Part shown: in pieces, positions 27,081 to 38,609 of the stretch
How positions within the stretch are numbered: the stretch's first letter is position 1
How the letters are laid out: each line of letters begins with the position of its first letter
From: Thalia democratica
Taxonomy: Eukaryota
Assembly: GCA_965202585.1 (NCBI GenBank)
Contig: OZ241830.1
Coordinates: 52,018,001-52,082,000 of the forward strand
Direction of reading: 5' to 3'
DNA length: 64,000 bases
Notes under the pieces: generated by a model
What the model saw: the letters and a program-made list of their open reading frames with translations, nothing else
What the model was told of the DNA's origin: nothing
The model's database searches: none
Program-made: the position numbers and the translations under genes

Positions 27081-30006
27081 TAAGTCTAGCTTAAACACTG
27101 ACATGCATCTTAAGTCATCTAGTTTAATCTTTAATTGTTCTAATACTAAGGCCTCAGGCACTGTTTTTTCTAATAGTTTAACCTCTAGTAGCGATTTATT
27201 TTTAAATGTTTCATATACTAATATAAGATCTATTTTAAACAAAATAAGCTTCATTGAGTGTTATATGTGTACACAAAACTTAGATTTATTTTTTTTTACT
27301 GAAACATGGTTAAATTCAAATGTTGTTGATTCAAATTTTTGTCCTCTAGGGTATAATATAATCCGTAATGACAGAATAGGCAGGGGAGGAGGCGTTGCTG
27401 TTATATTTAAAAACTTTTTAAAATTAATTGAAGTAAAAACTAATTTTGTTTCATCTGATGGTTTTGAATTTTTGTGTTTTGATTTGATTCTTAAAGGACT
27501 CAGATTGAGATTTTTATGTGTCTACATCCCTCCAAATTTCTCTAAATCTCTAGCTGTTGTTTCAAACATGATCGACTTAATCAGAAACCTTATTCCAAAA
27601 CAGTCTCCTTTTTACATTTTAGGTGACTTTAATTTGCCAAATATAGACTGGAATATTCCAAGCACAACCTACAATGACTGTCACAAATGTTTTATTAAAT
27701 TTTGTTCAGATAATCTCCTTACACAACTTATTGACTCACCTACCCATAAGAACGGTAATATCCTCGATTTACTGCTTTGTAATTATATGGCATTAGATAG
27801 AGTTAAGTTTCATTTGGTTGATTCACCTTTAACAAATATAAATGATCACAATGTTATTTTGTTTGGGATAAGTGTTCAAAAAAGTAAAAAACCATCTCCT
27901 AAATCACTCTATCCAGATTTTCGTAGAGCAAATTTTGAGAATATTAATAAATTTTTATCAGATATAAATTGGAAAGTTCTTTTTAACAACTCAAAAAATC
28001 TACAAATGTTTTATGATAAATTTATCAAAACAATAAACTTTTCAATCAAACAATTTGTGCCTTTGATTAAACAAGACAGAAAAATGAAAACATATCCTTC
28101 TGATATAAAAAAGTTGTTAAGAGAAAAACTAAAACTCTACAAACAATGTAAGTTAGATAAGCAGATGATAGAAAAATACAAAACTGTATCAAAAAAATAT
28201 GAAAAAGCAGTGAAAGTGTTCAACATAGAACATGAAAAACGTTTTTGCCAAAACACAAACTCAATAAAATTCTACAGCTATGTAAAATCAAAGCTCAAGT
28301 TAACACCTTCTTTACCTGTATTAATTAATGAAAATCATATTCCAATAGTATCAGAACTTGATAAAGCCTCTTTTTTTAACAGGTCGTTTCAAAAGGTATT
28401 TATTAAAGATTGTGATGACAAAAATTTTACACTTGTTAGTAAAAAGTGTTTGGAAATGAAAAACTTCTTCATAAGCAATGATGAAATAATTAAGTCTGTT
28501 AATCATTTAAAGGATAAAATAATCAGAACGCCTGAAAACATTCCTTCATATTTTATTAAACGTACTATTCATTCCCTAATTCTTCCAATTTCACTAATTT
28601 TTAATTGTTCACTAGCTACATCCTCTGTACCAAACCAGTGGAAAGTCTCATATGTCATACCAGTGCACAAAAAGGGTAGTAAGTACAACCCTTTAAACTA
28701 CAGACCCATTTCTTTAACAAGCAGTTTTTGTAGAATTTTCGAACACATAATTTCTCTAAAAATACTTGATCACCTTTTTTTAAATAAGCTAATTTCACAT
28801 AAACAGTTTGGTTTTCTACCTAATCGATCATCTAGTTATCAACTGTTGAATTGCTTACACTCATGGTTGGTTTCATTTCTAAGCAATAAGTCAACTAAAG
28901 TTATTTACACAGACATTCAAAAGGCTTTTGACTCTGTATCCCATTTTAAACTAATAAAGACTTTAACTCAATACAAAATTCATACAAGTTTAGTTAGCTG
29001 GTTCAAAGAGTTTCTTGAAAACAGAACCCAAAAAGTAGTTATTGGTAACACTTTTTCAGAGTCTTTACCTGTTTTCAGTGGAGTGCCTCAAGGAGGGGTT
29101 ATTGGCCCACTTTTATTTATAATTTATATCAATGATATAGCTTTAGAAGTAGATGACGATAGCAACATAAATCTCTTTGCAGACGATACAAAAATTTTTA
29201 GCCATTCTAACACAATTCTACAAAAATCTTTGGATAAAATTTATCATTGGCTAAAAGAAAGAAAACTAGTTTTAAATCCTAGTAAATGTCAGGTTCTAAA
29301 CATTCAAAAAAATACATCTAGTATCACCTCTGAATTTAGAATAAACAACATAAGCTTACCTTCAACTAAAGTGTTTAAAGATCTGGGAATTTTTATTGCA
29401 GAAAACCTAAAATGGAACCACCATATCAATTACGTTTATCAAATTGCATCAACTATTTCTTTTCAAGTTTTAAAGAGTTTTAAATCTACAGATATAAACA
29501 TTCTCAAAAAAATTTATCTCGTTTACATTCGTCCTAAGTTAGAATACAACACACCAATTTGGTCTCCATACCTGAAGAAAGATATTAACCATCTTGAATC
29601 CATTCAAAGAAAATATACAAGAATAGTCTTCAACCGTTGTAACATCTCATACATATCTTATTTTGATAGACTCTCAAAACTTGGTATTAAGTCTTTAGAG
29701 TATAGAAGGATTGAGTTTGACTTAATTACTTTTTTCAAACTGATTAATAGTGAGACTACAATTAATTTACAGTCTATTTTTGAACCTCATAAATGTACTT
29801 ATTTACTGAGAGGTAACAGCAGAAAATTTACATGCAGACATAATTTCAATAATAATGTTTGGCATAATTCTTTTTTTTATCGTTCAGTTGAATTATGGAA
29901 CAAGCTTCCAAACGAATTAGTTTCTTGTAAAAAAGTTGAGCATTTTCGGTTAAGGTTAAAAAAGTTTGATTTAAATAAATATTTTGTTAGCAAAATTAAT
30001 AAGTGA
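27028..30006 (+). CDS. CR1 ORF2: APE endonuclease plus reverse transcriptase, uninterrupted
   Basis: 992-aa open frame with NIRS, TETWL, GDFNLP and NDH (endonuclease) and QFGF, DIQKAFD, GVPQG and FADD (RT). The first in-frame ATG is near 27103. Confidence 0.95.
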   Translation: MKVLNCPFGLTPRISGPNKSSLNTDMHLKSSSLIFNCSNTKASGTVFSNSLTSSSDLFLNVSYTNIRSILNKISFIECYMCTQNLDLFFFTETWLNSNVVDSNFCPLGYNIIRNDRIGRGGGVAVIFKNFLKLIEVKTNFVSSDGFEFLCFDLILKGLRLRFLCVYIPPNFSKSLAVVSNMIDLIRNLIPKQSPFYILGDFNLPNIDWNIPSTTYNDCHKCFIKFCSDNLLTQLIDSPTHKNGNILDLLLCNYMALDRVKFHLVDSPLTNINDHNVILFGISVQKSKKPSPKSLYPDFRRANFENINKFLSDINWKVLFNNSKNLQMFYDKFIKTINFSIKQFVPLIKQDRKMKTYPSDIKKLLREKLKLYKQCKLDKQMIEKYKTVSKKYEKAVKVFNIEHEKRFCQNTNSIKFYSYVKSKLKLTPSLPVLINENHIPIVSELDKASFFNRSFQKVFIKDCDDKNFTLVSKKCLEMKNFFISNDEIIKSVNHLKDKIIRTPENIPSYFIKRTIHSLILPISLIFNCSLATSSVPNQWKVSYVIPVHKKGSKYNPLNYRPISLTSSFCRIFEHIISLKILDHLFLNKLISHKQFGFLPNRSSSYQLLNCLHSWLVSFLSNKSTKVIYTDIQKAFDSVSHFKLIKTLTQYKIHTSLVSWFKEFLENRTQKVVIGNTFSESLPVFSGVPQGGVIGPLLFIIYINDIALEVDDDSNINLFADDTKIFSHSNTILQKSLDKIYHWLKERKLVLNPSKCQVLNIQKNTSSITSEFRINNISLPSTKVFKDLGIFIAENLKWNHHINYVYQIASTISFQVLKSFKSTDINILKKIYLVYIRPKLEYNTPIWSPYLKKDINHLESIQRKYTRIVFNRCNISYISYFDRLSKLGIKSLEYRRIEFDLITFFKLINSETTINLQSIFEPHKCTYLLRGNSRKFTCRHNFNNNVWHNSFFYRSVELWNKLPNELVSCKKVEHFRLRLKKFDLNKYFVSKINK

Positions 30007-30718
30007 TTTTTTTTTGTTGTTATTTTTTCATTAACCACTGGTTGTATTTGTCTAATTTGGTTTAACCTATAGCTTTATTTTATTAGCGGCGCCTTTCCTC
30101 TGTGTATAACAAAACCTGTTCCTTAATACATAGTTTATTGGGCTGTTAAAGTGCTAGAGGCCTTGGGTTCAAGTTTTGTTTATAGTCAGTGTTCTCAACA
30201 TTTATCAGCTACTACGAAAGTCCAACAAACGCTGAGTTATCTGAGTATTAAAGATTTGAAAGTAAATATGAAGCAGGCTCTCCTAAGAAAAATGAAAAAC
30301 GTTGTTCATAAAAAAGCGGTTCTAGTTATACGAATAAAAGTGAAACAAGTTGTATGGATAAAAGTTAAGCCGGTTACTCAAATGAAAGCTGAACCAGTTG
30401 TTCAAATAATGTGAAGCCAGTCGTTCGAATGAAAGTGAAACCAGTTTTGGAGTGAAGCCATCTGTTCGGGTGAAGTTGAAGTAGGATATTGTTGTTCTCT
30501 TTTCGGAAGCACCGGAATTATAAATTTTGTGTTATAATTTTTGGTGTTTTTATGTTAATTTTTAAACTTTAATTAGTTAAACTCAGTTTTTTTTTCTTTT
30601 TTAATGTACAATCTTGGTTTATTTTTGTCTTTTTGTTGTATGTCTTTCTGTATAAGTGGCCTAGGTTTTGATGCCTGGGTCCTTCATATGACAATAAACT
30701 TACAATAATAATAAATTC

Positions 30719-31080
30719 AGTAACGTATTATACTTTTTAGTTCTTATTGCGGAAATGACTACGTTGGTCGTACATCTCACTATTTTCATATCAGACGAAA
30801 GCAGAGTGTAACAAAAAAGCTTTAAAAATTCATTTTAATAGCCACGTAAATCCCAAAGATGAACAATCATCCATTCATGAACACCACCTCAGCAACCCTA
30901 ATTGGACTGAGAACTACATGGATAGTAGATTGAAAGTCCAATATAGAGCAAAAACACTTACCACATCTCAATTTTAGAATCGTTGTTCACTAGAACTCGC
31001 GGACCGAACATTGTAGATGAGATGTGTATAATTTAAACCATATAAATAGACTAATTACTTTTTCAGAAGCTTATTCTACA
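30719..31080 (+). mobile_element. PLE GIY-YIG fragment, right part
   Basis: SNVLY...YCGNDYVGRTSH.FHIRR.Q.VTKK, homologous to 5760-5870. Confidence 0.75.
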
Positions 31081-32263
31081 AACAATTGTTCGCTTAAAGA
31101 GCTCGTTAAAGCTTATAAAAATATATTTAAAATTCAATAAAAATTCTAAAGGTGAAATTCAATAAATTACATGGCATGTATTATAAAATAAATTATAATG
31201 ATTTATTACGATTTTATCATCTGTTAATAAATAGGATACTTAACCTTTACTTTAAAATAAAAATGTGATTTGTGTGTTTAATTTCTAGGACGTAACTTTT
31301 TTAAACTAAATTTCAGGGAAATTATTTGACTTAACCAAAATTTATACTCTAATAGTGTCCCTTTTTTTAGTTTTTTGTTGACTAAACAAAATAAATAAAT
31401 AAAACCCTTTGGTTTTTCAAAATCATTAATTTATATATAAATTTACTGAATAAATACCATTAAATCACTTTTCTTTTATTTTAGCATTTAGTGTAAATCG
31501 TTGTCTTATAATTTTAAAAAGTATTGTAGTAACTGAATAATAGTTTTTAAGTTTGTCAAAACTTTAATTTTGTTAGTCATCTGAACATTGACGTTTTTAG
31601 AGACATCTTTTCAAAAAGAACTAGACAAAAGATCTGAGTAAACGCTGCGCTCCTCTATAAGTATTTTTAGATAAAAAATAAACTAGAAGTACACCACAAT
31701 GAAAGTACATAAATTAAATTTATTCTTAGTTATAATCATAAACAATTTTAAATTTTTTTTAGTAATTTTCGGAAGTAAGAAAATTAAATATATGCTAAAA
31801 GAGATTTAACAGAGAAATCAATTAAAGATGAAGGTTCTAATATTGTAAAATATATATAACAAGTTATTTAAGTTATTAAGATTCACTGCTGAGCGAGCTG
31901 TAACGTATTTAGCGAAGAAAAACGTATTGAATTTGTAATGTTGTGTTTCAACTTTTGAATTATTCAAATAACTTATTGCCCACCCTGTATTTGCTTGAAC
32001 TTACTTTAGGTTGTTAAATGTTTTTTCACCCAAAATTTATAAACTATACTTTAATGCTTTGAAACTTTACTTTTTACAAAATTCATTTTTAAAGCTTATT
32101 TATTTATGTTCTCTCTTTTTATTTTCTACGCGACAAACTAAAGTAATTTTAAACAAGAAATTAACAAAAAAAATTGTATGATAAGAAAATTACAATAACC
32201 TATTCTAAAAAATGAGATAAACTATTTAAAAAATTAAAAATCATTAAAATCGAACAAACTTAC

Positions 32264-32373
32264 TAGTTGTAAAATGTGCTGACAATTTGTATTAGTAAAG
32301 TGCTTTTCAGAGAAAATGAATATCATTACTCTGTGACTTTTCCACATGTGAGTTTGAATTGAAGATTCTTTTC
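32264..32373 (-). CDS. Exon: TIR domain part 2 of an IL-1R/TRR-like receptor
   Basis: Acceptor TTTTTTTCAAG and donor GTAAGT. 110 nt, phase 1 to 0, encoding (G)KESSIQTHMWKSHRVMIFIFSEKHFTNTNCQHILQL. Confidence 0.85.
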
Positions 32374-32760
32374 CTTGAAAAAAATCGTTTTATTATAAAA
32401 TCTTTTAAGCCGACCAAAGTTTGCTAAAATATTCAGAGAGAATTTAATATAAAAATTTAAGTTAATGTCGACAAATTTAAAGTCAATTCGTCAACTTGTC
32501 AGACTTAATTGAAAACCCCGAGCGTCTAGAAATATTTAAAAATAAAATAAGTATATTTTTTAACTTATTTTCTTTTAATTTTCTTTTAATTTTATTTTAT
32601 AACATTTCAAAAATGATCTTCAATGTAAAACAAAAGATGTTTTTTTCTTAATTCTATATTTTAATACTTCTATACTAAACTCCTTACTTATATGAATTAA
32701 TCGTGCATCAAAACCATAAAAATTGTGAGAATAAAAAAGTATTTTCAAATTTATACTTAC

Positions 32761-32949
32761 CTTCTCCTGGATTAAAATTGTATGAATCAATCAGTCGATC
32801 ATAATTAATACTATTCATAATTTTCTTCGTTTTGAAAATTGTTTCGCAGAGAATTTCCTTTTCACGTGTATTTGTACTTTCTGACACAAAGTATGACAAA
32901 AAGACGTCGTAATCATAACTATCATCTACATCAAAAATAAGTAGTAGCA
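32761..32949 (-). CDS. Exon: TIR domain part 1 (box 1 and BB loop)
   Basis: Acceptor ...TATACCTAG and donor AG|GTAAGT. 189 nt, phase 1 to 1, encoding DDSYDYDVFLSY...LIDSYNFNPGE. Confidence 0.9.
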
Positions 32950-33125
32950 CTAGGTATAACTAACATAAAAAAAAGAAAATCTTCGTTTAGTAGGTTTTCC
33001 AAAAAATATTGTAAATAAAACGCTTTAATATTAAAACAACTAATGTAAACAAAACATGTAAACACGTAATTTTTAAAGAAATGATCGATGTGTAAAACAA
33101 AGCTTTTTTTTTTTGTGACAGGTTA

Positions 33126-33464
33126 CAGGGTTGCCAAATGTTTTTGGAAAATTTTCTTAAGGTTTTAAAACTACACACTTTTGGGTCTATTTTTAGTTTA
33201 AAGTTAAGTTTAAGGTAAAATACTGTTTTATTATTATAAAAACATTAAAAAGATACTGTAAAGCTACTTCAAAGGTGTTTTTTAATAAAAAAACTTTTAG
33301 ATGATGACAATTTTTTTAATATACATAGTAGATTTTTTGTTTCAAGTCAAAATTTTTCTACTAATATGTAAAATTTGTTTAAAATTCCAGGTTTTTTTTA
33401 TAATATCTCAAGTTCCAGGATTTACGATGTTGTTCCAGGTTTTCAAGTTTTTTTGTCAACCCTG
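33126..33464. mobile_element. hAT-type MITE in an intron of the TIR gene
   Basis: TIR CAGGGTTG(C/A)CAAA at both ends. The flanks AGGTTA / ACATTA match only partly. Confidence 0.7.
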
Positions 33465-33540
33465 ACATTATCACATTTATAATCTGTGCAACAAGTTAAT
33501 TTTAAAATTGTAGAAAATTGATTAAAAATTGTTGAATTAC

Positions 33541-33782
33541 CATTAGTATAGGTTCCTAAAATCTTTCTTAAAAATATTTTAATTTGTATTCTAAAGTTCC
33601 AATAGAGTAAATTTAGTACAACGGCAAGGACAATCCCTGTTACTGAGATAACTGTAGGAAGAAAGTAACCATTTTTTTGAATTAATGGAATAATTTTTAT
33701 TTTAAATTTTTTTGTTTGTTTTTTTTCATATCCATTTAGAGTGTCAAGTACAAAGTCTCCAAACTGGTCGATCGAACTAAGT
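33541..33782 (-). CDS. Exon: end of Ig-like domain, transmembrane helix and juxtamembrane region
   Basis: Acceptor CACTACAG and donor G|GTAATT. 242 nt, phase 2 to 1, encoding LSSIDQFGDFVLDTLNGY...YFLPTVISVTGIVLAVVLNLLYWNFRIQIKIFLRKILGTYTN. Confidence 0.88.
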
Positions 33783-33855
33783 CTGTAGTGTGAATAGAAA
33801 TAAATTAAAGTAGCAAGTTACTTTAAGGTTTTATAAATAAGCTGCTTTTCCTCAC

Positions 33856-33954
33856 CTCATTGTAAAACTGGCATAAACTTTTGTATTAGTCTTGTTTGTT
33901 GCATTCAAACTTAATTTGTTATAAATACAATTATCGCGCCCTTCAACAACTTTT
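33856..33954 (-). CDS. Exon: extracellular Ig-like segment
   Basis: Donor GAG|GTGAGG, then a 73-nt intron. 99 nt, phase 2 to 2, encoding KVVEGRDNCIYNKLSLNATNKTNTKVYASFTM(R) with N-glycosylation sequons. The exact acceptor is less certain. Confidence 0.75.
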
Positions 33955-34339
33955 CTGTTTGAATAACACTTTAAATCAAGTTGATGCGTTTAAAGTTTTA
34001 AAGTTGCATTTTATTACAATAATAAGGCTTTATTTATTTTTCAGTTTCATACTTAATAAATACTTTAGTTGTACATAATATGTTTGAGCTAGAAAGCAAA
34101 TATTTTTTAATTACTTAAATAATCATAAAACTAATTCATTAAAACGTATGTTTATAAATCTTAGCAACTATTAAGCCTTCAATATTTGAAACCATAAATA
34201 AAGAGAACTATTAGTAAGAAACAAATTAACTTAGATAAGTATATCTTAAATTACTCTATATTTTTGTATCTAGATCTACACATGTATTTTTTTCTTATTT
34301 TAACTTATATTACTTATTGGTATATAGTATTTTGGATAA

Positions 34340-35781
34340 TTTTATAAGAATTTGAATTTTCGGAGTTTTAGTCGTACGAATTTGAATTGTCATTTAACCC
34401 AACGTTCCATTTACAAATCAGTTGTGTTCGAAGAATCAATTAGACTAAAGAGATTATGCAAACGTTACTGTGATTATCTAGAAGCTCTAAAGGCTTTTAA
34501 AGATAAATGTTTAAAGTCTTGCGTCTGCAAAGCTTTAGTTGACTATATGGTTATCGCAGCAAAATGGAAAGATCGGTTTGGACCTCCATTGAAGAAGGCA
34601 AGAGATTTAGTAGCATATAAACGTCCACAAACAATTGCAACACTAAACCAACTTTAAGTACCAAGCCTATGAAGATAGTGTTGTAATTGGTGGGTCACAC
34701 CCTTGTGGACGATGTTTACTATGCAACCGAGGGGAAGAAGGCGGAATGATAAAAAAAACTTAATAGAATCAAAAGGTGGTAAAATTGTTTAACTCTAAAA
34801 AATTGAATTGCAAAAACTTTAGAATTTGTGTGGCAAAGTGTAAAGTCTGTGATGAGTACTATGTGGGACAGAAAATTACGTTTTTTTCCAAAGATGGTGC
34901 TCTCACAGACATAACTGGAAAAACATGACCACCAGCGAGACAAATTATTAAGCTGCCCTCAAACTTCACTATGCCAACAAACATCCAACATTGAGCAAAA
35001 CCTTTAAAAAAGCATTTTCAATCAATTTTACAGACTCAACAAGCAACCATACCAGATTTTTTAGAGAGTAAAAGGGTCAATTTATTACTAGCATTATAAA
35101 CATAAATAAAACAATACTGCCTTTTTATAGATAATGGTAAATTTATAAAACCTATAATTTTACAACAACCAAATTTTTATTAAGATCGTTTTATAAAAAT
35201 AATTTCTGTTTCAGAAAAGATTTTAATCGTTTGTGTTTTTGATTAAAGTATTACTTTAAAAACAATAGTTTCTGAAAAATAGTTTCCTTTTATAGCATTT
35301 TAATTTTTATTTTAACTTAAGGTTTGCAAAAAAAAAATATTCATCGATAGTATTATTTCTTTAAGATGATATGTTTGTAAGAAACAGTTTCTTATTAAGA
35401 CAGTTTTTTTTACTTACTTTAAGTTTTGTTTTAAGAATGATTTTATCTTTATTTAATCGATAACAGTAACTATTTATTTACAACAATTTACATCAAACAG
35501 TATCTTAATAAGATAGTTTTTAAATTAAGGTTTATGTCGGAAAAGGTTTTGTTTTTACTTTCATTTGATTTGAATTTAATTTTATATACAAAATATCATC
35601 ATAATGTTCTAAAAATGTTTTAGCTTAATCAACAAACTAATTTTATACACAGTCTTGAATTACTACGTCATAATACATTTTTTCACTATAACTTAGTTGC
35701 AAAAATGCTTTTTAGTTTTATCAACTTATTGAAAGCTTAATGAGGACGGGTTACAACCCGTCCTCATTAAGCTTTCAATAA
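34340..35781 (+). mobile_element. Decayed PLE 3' portion (Naiad-like), antisense to the host gene within an intron
   Basis: RT C-terminus (ESIRLKRLC..Y...L), a CGRCLLC linker, GIY-YIG KCKVCDEYYVGQ...RW..HR, and an AT-rich 3' region. The right boundary is approximate. Confidence 0.75.
35726..35781. repeat. Perfect 27-bp inverted repeat with a 2-nt loop
   Basis: TTATTGAAAGCTTAATGAGGACGGGTT-AC-AACCCGTCCTCATTAAGCTTTCAATAA. Confidence 0.95.
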
Positions 35782-36027
35782 ATAAACCTGAAAGCGTTTT
35801 AAACTTGTATGTTGTGGAATAAAAATTTTTAGGTTTTTAAAACAATAGTTTGACTCTTTTAATTATCAAAATCGTCATCTTTAAAAGCTCAGAAAAAGTA
35901 AAAGTTTTAGTATTTAAAAAAATTGATAGATAAAATAAAACTATGTTTACGAGTAACTTTTAATATTAAGTTTCGTTTTATTGGGAGATAGTTTATTTTA
36001 CTTTATGTAAAAAGTATTTAAACTAAC

Positions 36028-36101
36028 AATTTACAATATCCATAAAACGATCGATTCTTTTGAATAACTGGTATTTTGTTTGGACTTGAATGGTCACATA
36101 C
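36028..36101 (-). CDS. Candidate exon: start of the membrane-proximal Ig-like domain
   Basis: Acceptor TTATAG and donor GTTAGT. 74 nt, phase 0 to 2, encoding VCDHSSPNKIPVIQKNRSFYGYCK(L). The phase matches the 33954 exon. Confidence 0.55.
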
Positions 36102-37087
36102 CTATAATTTAGTTTTAAAAATTATTTACGGGTTATATTTCACATGTCTTAATATCTCATACAATCTTTAGTATTATAGTTGTTTTCAATTGTTATACTT
36201 AAAATACTTTAAGAAAATCTCTATAAAAAACTACAAAACTATGTAAATTTTAAGATGAAACGTTCGAAAAGGAAATGATAATTAGAACGAAATTAACTTG
36301 AGAAGCTAGATATCAAAAAGAACAACAAATTTATTTAAACATAAAGCAAATATCTAATTACTGAATAGATAACTTGCTTTTTGAAGTGATACAGTAAACA
36401 GTGCAGTAAGAAACAAAGCATAACAATTTTGGCTGTATCTTAAAACCAAACTAAAAGTTAAAAACAAAATATAATTGAAAAATTAGAAATTGAATTCAGA
36501 TAACAAATAATACTTTTAAAATAAATATAATTTTTTGAATTATCGATTCCTAAACTAAAAACAATACAATGTTCCGCTTTTTAAAAAGTTCCTGCTTGAA
36601 AATCAAACCCCTATGTATATTAAAATTAGTTCTGTTTCAAAGACAAAAGAACATACTTAAAAACAAAACTAAATTTAGAGTTTCAGCTTAAAACTAAGTG
36701 ACTTTTTTGTTTAACTTCGTTTCTGAGTGAAAAAGTTTCGTTTTTATCAAAAACAATAAATTAAGTTTGTTCACTTTAAAGACACATATAAACTAAAATA
36801 AGTTTAATTTTTGTTTATTGGTTTTTAATGTAGTCATTAATGTTTTCAACTAATTAGTAAAATGCTCAACTTTGATTAAAACATATAAAACAAACAATAC
36901 AAACAAAAAAAATCAATATAAACACGGCAACATGCCTTTACATTGCGAAAGGAAACCTTTACTACTTCCCAGTTTTTCTGAATAACATGGAGTGTTCAGA
37001 AGCGTTAAGCACGCTGTAAAGGATATGGTGAATGACGTTAAGTTTCCATTTATTTTCGCGTTCCATTTAAAAAAAAAATTTTTTTTT

Positions 37088-37204
37088 GCCAGTTGTGACG
37101 AATTACTTTGATGGCCTGGTAATATATAAAGGACTTGGTTCAAAATGCTACGTCGTTTTTTAAGGTCGGCCACAAGAAGTTTTTGGCTACTGCGTCAATG
37201 GTCT
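37088..37204 (-). pseudogene. Gypsy A integrase zinc-binding region, continuing from 49247
   Basis: KTIDAVAKNFLWPTLKNDVAF*TKSFIYYQAIKVIRH. It joins in frame to ...AHQNLHLGIE once the two LTR insertions are removed. Confidence 0.85.
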
Positions 37205-37726
37205 TGTAACACTTCAACAGTTTTCTTCTCAGTCGAAAGCAGTTTTCTTTCTTTCTTTTCTCTTAAACTATTCAAACCACTTAAATTCAGTAACGCGCTT
37301 GTTTTAGTGAGTTAGTTTTTAGTGTCTTAGTTGGTAACACGTCTATTGCTTGTAAGTGTTGTGTTCTCGTCGTACACTTGTACGACAGCGACTGTTTTTT
37401 ATATGAACGTTTGAATTAAAGTAGTTATTTGTAAAGTTTGCTATATTTTGTTTAGTCGTTTCTATTCATCGTAATACAGCTTTTTGTTTTTAAGACTCGA
37501 TTTCTTTAATAAGTATTTAAGCATTCTAAAAATCTTACTACTTAATTAGGCTAAGCTTAAATGATAGTCTAAAAATCGTTTCATAAACCAACTTGGCTAA
37601 ATAACTTAGCTAAGTCATTTCTAAGCATTTAAGTAACCGTCACCGATATTGTTATAACGCGTTAAGTCAGTTAGTATCAGGTTCGCGTAAATATAAGAAA
37701 CAATTTTACATCGGTAGATCGGTAAA

Positions 37727-37740
37727 TGGTGACCCTGGAT
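37727..37740 (+). other. Primer-binding site, tRNA-Trp type
   Basis: TGGTGACCCTGGAT directly follows the 5' LTR of element B. Confidence 0.75.
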
Positions 37741-38609
37741 ATTTGAGTACGCACCTTAATTAAGTCCGTAACTTCTTCTTTTTTAATTTCTACTTTTGTA
37801 GATGGTGACCCAAAATTAGTTTAAAATTTTATAAAGACTTTAACAGTAGAACAAAAACAAAGTCTACTAGTATCATGGATATACTTTATTTTAAGCCAAA
37901 TAGCTGCCAACATTTTTAGGGACTGGAGGAAATTTAAAGAATACAAATATAATACATTAATAGCAGAGTTTTCCTCGTCTGATCCCCCGAACCAGTAGCC
38001 TACAGATATCTAAACTGTAAGTACAATCACAATCAAATTAACTGCTTAGAAAAAACCCCATTGCATTGGTTAATGTCATGTATAGATAACAACCTCTACC
38101 AACTTATATTATGGGAAGAGCGCGTAGCTAACCGCTTAATATGTCTTCCGTGGTTCTTGTTAAACCATATAGATTACGAATGGGGTAAGTATAGGAGCAT
38201 CGAAGTAATCGATGAAGCCCGCGAAAATCTCGAAGATAATAACAGCCTGTAACGAAATTATAGATTTTAACCTTGAAATTGATTTGTTAACAGCTGAGAT
38301 TAACAAAAGACAAAGTAGGTGCGATATATTCAAGAAAAAGCAGTTCGAGAAATATGTGTGGTTCGAATACCAAGGTTTTAGCAACAAACGGTACCAAGTT
38401 ATATAACGAGAAACCTTTAAGTAGCTTAATATTATAGAGAGTTTTTTGAAATATCTCCCTTTATTAAACATAGTCCATAAAATATCTGATATTGAGACGG
38501 TAATTGACAAATTCGAAAGTTTTTGTAGGTATAACGACGAACTTGACAATAGTGAAAGAATAAAATTTGTCTTATGGTCCAGTGTTTTACCTCCTGATGA
38601 TATGTTTTT

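Larger units (their letters stand above)
26573..30718 (+). mobile_element. 5'-truncated CR1/L2-clade LINE
   Basis: ORF1 C-terminus, full ORF2, a 3' UTR and a short (TAA)n-like tail. Candidate TSD AGTAAC at 26567-26572 and 30719-30724. Confidence 0.9.

Noticed and set aside
36362-36438. Signal-peptide first exon (MLCFLLHCLLY...) for the TM-TIR block
   Set aside because: Splice sites and phase fit, but all three frames are open and Ig exons exist further upstream, so it cannot be assigned. If real, it would imply a short TRR-like isoform or a separate gene.
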